From Octopus sinensis (Eukaryota): a DNA stretch of 64,000 nucleotides. This document shows, piece after piece, positions 1-9,035 of the stretch. Position 1 is the stretch's first letter; every line of letters begins with the position of its first letter. Position numbers and translations under genes: made by a program. Below the pieces are notes generated by a model. That model did not search any database and was not told the DNA's origin. It saw only the letters and a list, made by a program, of their open reading frames with translations. The stretch is from the NCBI RefSeq assembly GCF_006345805.1, contig NC_043003.1, forward strand, positions 13,516,001 to 13,580,000. The letters are read 5' to 3'.

Positions 1-41
1 ACTACAATTGTTTCTTGTCCTGATCGACAATCTTCAGGTGG
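1..41 (-). ncRNA. Minimal type-I hammerhead ribozyme motif, cut by the window edge
   Basis: Minus strand reads CCAC-CUGAAGA-UUGUC-gaucag-GACAA-GAAAC-AAUU-GUA-GU. Helix III region ACAAUUGU is palindromic. The helix II closing pair is U-A rather than G-C. Confidence 0.6.
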
Positions 42-170
42 ACTTCCAATAAGTCAGTTTCAAATTATGACAAGAATTGTAGTGGCGGTTTTTTTGACTT
101 TTTATTAAAATTTTATGTATTGATTAAGTCTTTCCTTGTTTGTTTTGCAAAATAGTGGTTTTGTCCCTAA

Positions 171-208
<38 letters not shown>

Positions 209-249
209 CACACACACACGTCTGTATTCCATATTGTTATAATTATTGC

Positions 250-745
250 TTAACCCGTGGCCTTCTACATGGGATGGAGCCAGCCTACGTATGCATACCT
301 TCCCTTCTTGGGACACAAAACTCTACTTGTGAAGACGTGATGAGGCAAGTGAGGATCAGAATCGAAATCGATCAATGGAAATTGCGGATGTGCTACCAGT
401 GCCGGTGGCATGTAAGAGAACTTTCCGTTTCGCGACCGTTGCCAGCACCACCCCGTTTCGTGTCCGTTGCCAGCCTCGCCTGGCCCTCGTGCCGGTGGCA
501 CATAAAAAGCACCATCCGTTCGTGGCCGTTTGCCAGCTCTGTCTGGCACCAGTGCGGGTGGCACGTAAAAAGCACCCACTACACTCACGGAGTGGTTGGC
601 GTTAGGAAGGGCATCCAGCCGTAGAAACACTGCCAGATTTGACTGGGCCTGATGAAGCCTTCTGGCTTCACAGACCCCAGTAGAACCGTCCAACCCATGC
701 TAGCATGGAAAACGGACGCTAAACGATGATGATGATGATGATGAT
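250..745 (+). mobile_element. RTE-type LINE 3' end / derived repeat with (GAT)n tail (family B), longest copy
   Basis: GGCGTTAGGAAGGGCATCCAGC...CCATGCTAGCATGGAAAACGGACG + (GAT)7. Three internal GTGCCGGTGGCAC-type repeats. Recurs at 13790, 33361, 41088 and 61531. The RTE assignment is recalled family knowledge. Confidence 0.7.
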
Positions 746-765
746 TGCTTATATATATATATAAT

Positions 766-1060
766 GTGGAGGCACAAGGCCTAACGGTTAGAGCAGTGAA
801 CTCACAGTCGAGGGATCGCGGGTTCGAATCTCAGGCCGGGCGATGTGTGTGTTTATGAACGAAACACCTAAGCTCCACGTGGCTAAGGCAGAAGGTAATG
901 GCGAACTTCTGCTGACTATTTCACCACAACTTTCTCTCACTCTTTCCTGCCGCATCTTGCAGCTCACCTACTATGGACCAGCATAACATCCAGGTGGGGA
1001 ACTTATACGCCAAGGAAACTGGCCCTAATGAGCCAGGTGTGGCTTAAGAAGGAACAAACA
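766..1060 (+). mobile_element. tRNA-derived SINE (family E head, tail type 1)
   Basis: A-box-like GGCCTAACGGTTAG, B box GGGTTCGAATC. Body shared with copies at 48256 and 56427. Confidence 0.75.
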
Positions 1061-1645
1061 TTATATGCATGTGTTTATCCTTGTTTAGACATCATGTGAT
1101 GGTTGTAAATGAGCATCACTGTCAGACAAGCAGTGTTGTTCATTTCCAATCTTGCATGAAAAAGCATGCCTGGCCATGGGGAAATATTACCTTGCTTGGA
1201 AACAGACGAGGGTTGCTGATAGGAAGAGCATCCAGCCATAGAAAATCTGCAGCAACAAATTTCATCTAATCAAAGGATGGAAAAGTGGCAGCGCACATGT
1301 ACTAGCCAAGAAAACGTTTTGGGAGTTAGAGATGGAAGCGAGGCAGGAAAAAAAAAAAAGTAGGGAGTAGGAGGGACGATTAATTGATGGGAAATGAAGG
1401 ACTAGAGAGTATTTATTTTATAGCAAAAGACCAAGCGATATTAGAGTATAAAATAAACAGAAGGGATTCCAATGAAATCAGTTAAACCTATATATATGCA
1501 ACTGCAGTAATCTCGCACAAGCCTATCCAACATGGACAGGGATTACCAACACTCATAAGTCTAATGCTTGAAAATTGTGAATAGTTACTACATGAAACCA
1601 TAGGTAGCATTGTTAATACACAAATAAAGTATATATATATATAAC

Positions 1646-2180
1646 AATTAGAAAAAAACACCTTTTATCAATTCAAAATGAACAATTAAATTACACCATC
1701 TAGAAAATTACATATAATAGAAATATAAAAAATAAAATAATAATATTCCGATGATTAAGTAAATTGCAAAATAATAATAAAAACGTATATATTTGGTAGA
1801 ATAGTGACATGTTTCGTGGCTATATTTAAGAAACGATTATAGTAAAAAAATTAATAGTAGTAGTAAAATCACTTCGATATAAATATAGCTACTCATCAGG
1901 TTAAGAATAAACAATAATAAAATAATTAATTAATAAATATACGTAAATAATCTTTTAAAATATATATATATATCGGGTGATATATTAAATCTATAGAAAC
2001 TACACATTAAATAAGCTAACTATATAATTAATATATATGAGTTTGTATATATTTGAACCATTTCTTATTTTGATTACTATATAAATGGCTTGTACTAGCA
2101 TTGTGTATATTAATTAATTTTAAAGTATTGTATAATTTAAGTATTGTTTTTCGTTTTCACTTAATGTATATTTAATATTT

Positions 2181-2254
<74 letters not shown>

Positions 2255-2532
2255 AAAAGATTATTTACGTATATTTATTAATTAATTATTTTATTATTGT
2301 AGTTTATTTTTAACCTGATGAGTGGCTATATTTATATCGAAGTGATTTTACTACTACTATTAATTTTTTTACTATAATCATTTAAATATAGCCACGAAAC
2401 ATGTGTCGTTATTCTACCAAATATATGTTTTTATTATTATTTTATTCTTTATATTTCTATTATATGTAATTTTCTAGATGGTGTAATTTAATCGTTCATT
2501 TTGAATTGATAAAAGGTGTTTTTTTTCTAATT
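1646..2532. mobile_element. Inverted duplication (arms 1646-1973 and ~2238-2532) carrying hammerhead motifs; Penelope-like pLTR inversion
   Basis: Right arm is the reverse complement of the left arm apart from a ~35-40 nt indel. Unique spacer plus (TA)n between the arms. Each arm contains CTGATGA...CGAAAC. Confidence 0.75.
2311..2411 (+). ncRNA. Type-I hammerhead ribozyme, structurally intact, predicted cleavage 3' of C2407 (GUC)
   Basis: Helix I UAAC(2311-14)/GUUA(2408-11). Core CUGAUGA 2315-21. Perfect 13-bp helix II 2322-34/2383-95 closed by G-C. GAAAC 2396-2400, AUGU loop, GUC 2405-07. Confidence 0.8.
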
Positions 2533-2666
2533 TATATATATATATTATATATATATATATATATTATGTTTTGTGAAATTTGATTTAGTATTTCTTAATT
2601 GAATTTTTCCCTGTAAGTTAGAAATAATATTCTCTCAAATTATTACTTTTATTATATATATATATA

Positions 2667-3477
2667 TGGGGTGTCCCAAAAGTTACTGCTGGGTTTCAAT
2701 TTTTAATAACTTCTTGCATGAAATTTTGATACAATATAAAGGACATAATGCAAATTAAATGACTACCATTTTTGGCTTCACACACCCATGTTTTTTCCAA
2801 AACTTGCACCATAACACCCTCAATAGTTTCAGACCCCACTTCTCTGATTTCTCTATTGATGTTCTCCTTCATTTGCACCAGGGTCTCCAGTTAGTTGCTG
2901 TAAACCCTCTCTTTCAGGTATCCCCACAAGAAAAAAATCCAGGTTAGTCAAGTCTGAAGAACGTGAAGGCCAGTTGACATTGCCATAGCAGGAGATTATT
3001 CTCTCTCCAAAGCACTGCCGTAGCAACTGCATTGTTTCTCTTGTGGTATGAACAGTTTACCCCATCTTGCAGGAACCATGTGTGAGGTCTACTCTGAATG
3101 GCTGTCACGTTCCCCAGACTTGACTAACCCAGATTTTCTCTTGTGGGGATACCTGAAAGAGTGGGTTTGCATCAACAAACTAAAAGACTTTGGTGCAACT
3201 GAAGGAGAACATCAACAGAGAAATCAGATGAGTGGAGTCTGAAACTCTTGAGGGTGTTGTGGTGCAAGTTTTGGAAAGAGCACAGGCGTGCAAAGCTGAA
3301 AATGCCATTTAAGCAGTGTCATTCTTTATATGTGATGTAGTAGTGTTGCAAAATTTAACTTGTGCATATTGATTTCCATTATGTCCCTTATATTGTATCA
3401 AAATTTCATGCATTTATTTGTAAAGTTAAGGATGTTATTAAAAACTGAAACCCATCAGTGACTTTTGGGACAAACTG
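2667..3477. mobile_element. Palindromic Tc1/mariner (DD41D-like) relic made of two transposase 3' ends
   Basis: TA flanks, ~40-bp TIRs (GTCCCAAAAGT[TC]ACTG[CA]TGGGTTTCA). Minus arm translates WFLQDG...(frameshift)...WPSRSSDLTNLDFFLWGYLKERVY; plus arm translates WLSRSPDLTNPDFLLWGYLKEWV. Confidence 0.85.
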
Positions 3478-3783
3478 TATATGAAGAAACAAAAGACACT
3501 AAATCCTTAACGAGTTTTTAGCTGAATTTATTGCCAACCAGTTTCACTTGTTATATTTCATAGTAACAATAAAACCTCAATAGCAATTTTAGTCTAAAAT
3601 CTTTTTTGCGTGATATGGACTCCATAATGAAAAAAAAAAAGGATCTGGGCCAAAGATGATTATTTGATACATATATACAACCACACATAAGTGTACATCC
3701 ACGCATAAACACACATATGTATTTACTTGTGCACATATACTCAAATATTTATTGGACAAATCTGTTTAGGTAAGCCAGTGTTA

Positions 3784-3971
3784 AGGTGGAGAGCTGGCAG
3801 AAACGTTAGCACGCCGGGCAAAATGCTTAGCGGTATTTCGTCTGCTGCTGTTTTCAGTTCAAATTCCACCGAGATTAACTTTGCCTTTCATCCTTTCGGG
3901 GTCAATAAATTAAGTACTAGTTATGCACTGGGATCGATGTAATCGACTTAATCCCTTTGTCTGTCTTTCTA
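3784..3971 (+). mobile_element. tRNA-derived SINE (family A) with 21-bp TSD
   Basis: GAGCTGGCAGAAACGTTAGCACGCCGGGC head, GAGTTCAAAT-type B box, GCCTTTCATCCTTTCGGGGTC core. TSD TGTTTAGGTAAGCCAGTGTTA at 3763-3783 and 3972-3992. Confidence 0.9.
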
Positions 3972-6888
3972 TGTTTAGGTAAGCCAGTGTTATGCTGGTG
4001 ACCTCAATATGGCTGAGGTAATACAACTAGTCAGGTGGTGGGGGTGATAAGAGAGAACAAAAATAAAAAAGAGTGGAGGCATACAACCTATGGCAGCAAT
4101 TGTTTTGGTGCAGAAGTTATCCAGAAGCTCGACTGCTTCAACCTGACTTTGACCAAGCATTTAATGATCACACACAAACACACATTATGTTTTATATGTC
4201 AAGTACAAAGAAATGAGTACCCAATAATACTAACAGAGAGAATATGTCTTATATTATATATATGTATGCATTTGTGTGTGTGTGTGTGTGAAAATCAACA
4301 TAATTTACAATTACAGGGTAGTAGATTACAGCATATATTTTCAAGTTCACAAATCCAAATACTGACACAAGCATTCACATGTGTGCACATACAGATATGT
4401 AAACTTAAAGTTCAGTTCAAACATGTTTCAGTGATATTTCAACATGCAAAGGCTTTTCACTGGAGTTTGTTGTGGAAGAAAAAGAAAGAAAAATGATTGA
4501 AGAATTTTTTTAGTTGTGAAAACTACAGTGAGAACCCTTTGCATGTTCAAATATCACTTGAACTGGTCCTGTTTGTATACTTTGTCACTGCGCTGCGCTT
4601 CAAACCATGTGTGGATGTATGTATATGTTTGTATGTATGTGTGTATGTGTGCATACACACACAAATGTCGAACAATGAGAATGATTGTTCAACATCACAT
4701 TGGTGGATAAAGATTCTTTGTGTTTTAAGGCTACCATTGGTTTCATGTTAAGCAAGTCCTTAACAATTTCCCACCCTATTTGAATTTTTCCAAAAGTTGA
4801 ATCCAAGGGAGGTGATCATCTAAGAGTTGTTCCCACTGATGTTTACCCAAAATTTCATGAGTTTTTTTTTGGGGGGGGGGGGTGTTATAGGACCTTTTTT
4901 CTGTTTTAATCAAAAATAGACATGAACATTGCCACTCTGTATGAAAGGCTTGAAAATTGTTGAGAACTTTCTTCACATGAAACTAATGGGGAACCTTAAA
5001 ACACAAATACATACCTAGACTTACAGACATATATATATATATAAATTTAAAAGGAAAGATGGACAGAACATTAAGTCAAGTATTTCAACATATATATACA
5101 TATACAGCAAAAATAAATTTAAAACATAACAAAATAAAAATGCAATAAGAGCTTGTGAATTTGACCATAAGGTAACAGCCTTTTCTTTACTATTCATTTG
5201 TTTATCTCTCTCAGAAACAAAATTTACAAGTTTCTTTGGAAAATGTTTAAAAAAAATGAAAGAAAGGGGGTAAATAAAAATAAAAATCTCTCTCTTTTTC
5301 AATTATAGGATTTTTTCTTTATCTTTCTTTTTGTGTTTTTTTTTTTTACATCCTGCATTTTATTTTTCTTGTATAACTCCCTGGTAATTTGTCTGTCCAC
5401 AGCAGGATTAGGGGTTTTTAATATCAGGGGCTCACCTGCTAAAGTTCTGTTTTTTATTATTTTTTTTCCATTTGTGTTCTTTTTTTTTTTATGTAATAAA
5501 ATTTCTGTTAAATCATTATCATTACATTATATTATATTTAATCAAACAATGACAACAAAGAGGGGAAAGGAGGAGGAAGAGATAGATAGATAGATAGACA
5601 GACAGAGAAAGAAAGGCAAAAAGACAGGAGAGAGGGTGTGATAGAGATTTTTTTTTAAAAAAAAAAGACATATCTTGGACAGCAAAGTTTTTTTTTTTTT
5701 TTTTAAATTTTATTTTAATTATGAAACTCTGGAAGAATTTCAAATGGACAGCTTCCTTCCAGCATTTCTTTATTTTATATATTTTATCATAAAACCTGAT
5801 AAAGTGAAGCATAACCCATGGCTCCACATGCCCCCGCCCCCCGACACCATGCATCAAGCTCTCTTTCAGTTCAGTTATTCTTGTAGCAAGATCCTTGAAT
5901 GCTGCAGCCTGGTCACGATATCACTGTACTGCACCTAGCACAGCTTATAAAACATTTATTTTTTGTTGTTTCGTTTTCTATTTTTTTCTTTAATTTTTTT
6001 TTTGGTACCTCCTAAGCCCCACCCAGCACCCTATTGCTGAATATGAAAAAAAGAGTAAAAGGGGAGGGGGAAGGGCTTGGTGCTTTTTTTTTTTTATTTT
6101 CCCCACCCCTCCATGCACTGAAGAACATCCTTCGACCGTCCTTTATTTACAGATAACTTTACAGAGTTTATTTTTTTCCATTTTTTTTCTTTTATATTTT
6201 ACTCAAGACGTATCTTCACGTTTTTGCAGCAGCTGACGTGGGCCTTATGTGTTGTTATAGGGGACATATAATGTAAAACATAAGATATTAAGGTAGGGGC
6301 AGGAATTATAAGTTGTTATGTCTGATGTGTGTAAGTTAAAAAAAAAAAAATCAAAAATGTCCAAACAAGGCAGGAAAAATCCACAACTGAAAAAAGATAT
6401 TTTTCTTCCTTTCTTCTAATATTTTTGTTCTAAAGTAAAAACCAGACAGATAGTAGGCTCCAGAAATATTCCAAATCAGGATCGGGGGAAAGGACGGGGT
6501 TATTATGTTATGCTAACGTTAGTGGTAGGTGCAGAATGCACGCTCTCCCACCTGACTATTACACCTGCTAAAATATACTTCTCTCTTTTCCTTTCCACAG
6601 CAGCAGCAACGATAGCAGCAGCAACAGTAAAAAATAATACACTTCCTGAAGAAATCAGGCTCCTTCTTGTTGACCGATTCCGAAGAAAAAAAAAAAGCCT
6701 TTCTATAAAGAGGTCAGTCCATCCTTGTTCTGTTACACCAACCACTTACAAAAGCTGGGGAGAGGGAGGGAAGGAAGTGAGGGGTTTTATGTGCCGGGGG
6801 GGGGGTAGGGATCTCTTATCTAACTGCTTCGTTTGACCAAAGGTTATCAATTTGGCCCAGCAATGAAGTTGGCTGATATAATAATAAT

Positions 6889-6920
<32 letters not shown>

Positions 6921-6921
<1 letters not shown>

Positions 6922-7168
6922 CTTCTGACAATGGCACAGGTCATACATGATTAGGGAACAGGTGGAGATGACTGGATCGAATTCCCTCCTCTGCGCTCAG
7001 CCCTCCCCAAGAATATTACTGCTACTTAATTTTTTATCGAACCCCTCGGATTGATGGAAGGTGAGAGTCGACCAAGCAGGATTTTGAACACACACCCTTA
7101 AGAGACAAATCTAATTACTGTAAAAGCATTTTGTTCCTTGCTTCTACTGTTTCTTCCGACTCGCTGCA
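6921..7168 (-). mobile_element. Highly diverged family A SINE relic
   Basis: Colinear but heavily substituted match to family A (TACTTAATTTTTTATCGAACCCC...GTCGACCAAGCAGGATTTTGAACAC...AAGCATTTTG...CTCGCTGC). Confidence 0.55.
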
Positions 7169-9035
7169 CGGTGACATTGATGAAGATGAATGCTAATAAT
7201 AATAATAATGATGATGATAATAATAATAATAATAAATGTCTAAAAACTGTGAAAGAAGAGGAAGATGTGATGATTATGGTATTTGAAAGTCTATGAGCCC
7301 AGTTATACGAAGCTGATCTTACTGAGGAGTGAAACCAGACAGAGAGAGACCGCCCTCACTGAGTATTTACTATCATGTTAGGGGCTGCTATGATGATAAT
7401 GATGACTACGATGATAATGATGACAATAACGAGAAAGAAGAAGGATGATTCGTTAACCTACAAACCAGAGCATAATTAAAGTAACACAAGTTTATATATA
7501 TACATATATATGTGTGTATATATATATAGTAAAAGAAGATTGTTCTATGTCATTTTTTGTGTGTGAGTATGTGCGTGTGTAAAAGGGGATTAGGGAAGAG
7601 CGAGACATCTTTGTTGCCTTCCCTTTGCTGAGAATTGGGTTCGATTCCAACACGTGTAATCAGATGAGGGGGGTTGAAAATAAAGGTTCCGTAACGTTGG
7701 TGCCAGTGTGGTCGAAAGGAAGTTGAGGTTCGAAGTATAGACAGAACGGCAAAGGAACTGAAGCTGAAAGATGAGATGCCTGAACGCTTTAAGCGTTTTC
7801 CTTCCCCCCCAAATTGTCACCATTATTTTCACAGTCAACAACACAGCCGCACACATATACCCACACACGCAAACACAAACAAAGTCTGATATGGCTGTTT
7901 TTCGTTTACTTGAGAAAAAAATATGATAAAACAAGAAAAAAATAACATCTAAATTTTTGTTTTCTTTCTTTCTTTCTTCATCTTTTTATGTCTTTGTCTT
8001 TCAAGGGAGGAAATGGTAAAAACCAAATTGAATTTGTTCTTTGAGTGTTTGTCTTTTTTTATTGTTTACTTTTTCATAAGGGGCCCTGACATCGGGTCTT
8101 CAACAGGACACAGATTAATAATAGCAGTAGCTTCAATTGACAAGGAGGGACTGGACATTTAAAAACATGAGGATAATAATAATAATGGTGATAATAATAA
8201 TAATAATAATGATGATAATAATAAATCAGTAGAGACATAAGGTAGACTTAAGTGAAGGGGGATGTGTGTGTGTGTGTTTTATTTTTTTTATTTAATAAAC
8301 ACATTTTTTTTAGCCTCACATTTTTACATCTCTGTATATATATTATATATAAAAAAAAGAAAGAAAAAAATGTCGTGTAGTCCTTCTATTAATTAAGAAA
8401 TAAAAGTCGAAATGATAAAGCCCCTGATTTGCATAAGCAGCTCAACAGTCACAGACTTCTTTGATAGAAATCTGCAGTCGCAGGTTTTGGAACAACTATT
8501 CTTTGCTGGTTTTGTCAGAATTTTTTTTTATCCAGTTTCAAGTTGCAAGTTTATGTTTTGCACCCTTCTGGGAGCAAAAAAAATTTATTATTTTTTTTTA
8601 AAATTTGACCAACTGGTCTAGTTCTATTTATAATTTTGTTTTGGATGTGGGTGGGTGGGTGGGAAACTGGGATGGGGGGAAATATACAAAAAAAAAAGGT
8701 GAGGTCAGGTGAAGAATGGACTAACGAAATGTCAGACTGTATTCCATGAAATGTCTAGAACTGTAGCAGCTTTGGATCCATTAAGATTTAATCTAAGGTA
8801 AAAGCTGAGGAGTGAGGCTGGTCAAGAACCATCTATGTTGTTTCCACTTGCCCTTTGGGAGTTGATGACAACTCACAGAGCTAGGTTCTTCTGCTTCTGC
8901 GATTATTAGTAACCCAATAGTTGCTAGACGCAGGCAAAAAAATCAATCAGCCTCTATTTTCTATTTTTGTTTTCCCTCATATCAACAAGTGATAATTCCA
9001 TTATTAGGCACCACTAAATAACCGAAAGAACCTCT

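Noticed and set aside
136-693. 162-aa and 142-aa ORFs at the window start
   Set aside because: They run through a (TA)n tract and a family B repeat; no protein homology recognisable.
6503-6836. Overlapping ORFs downstream of BCL9
   Set aside because: Low-complexity (GCA)n and A-run content, no domain; more likely UTR sequence.
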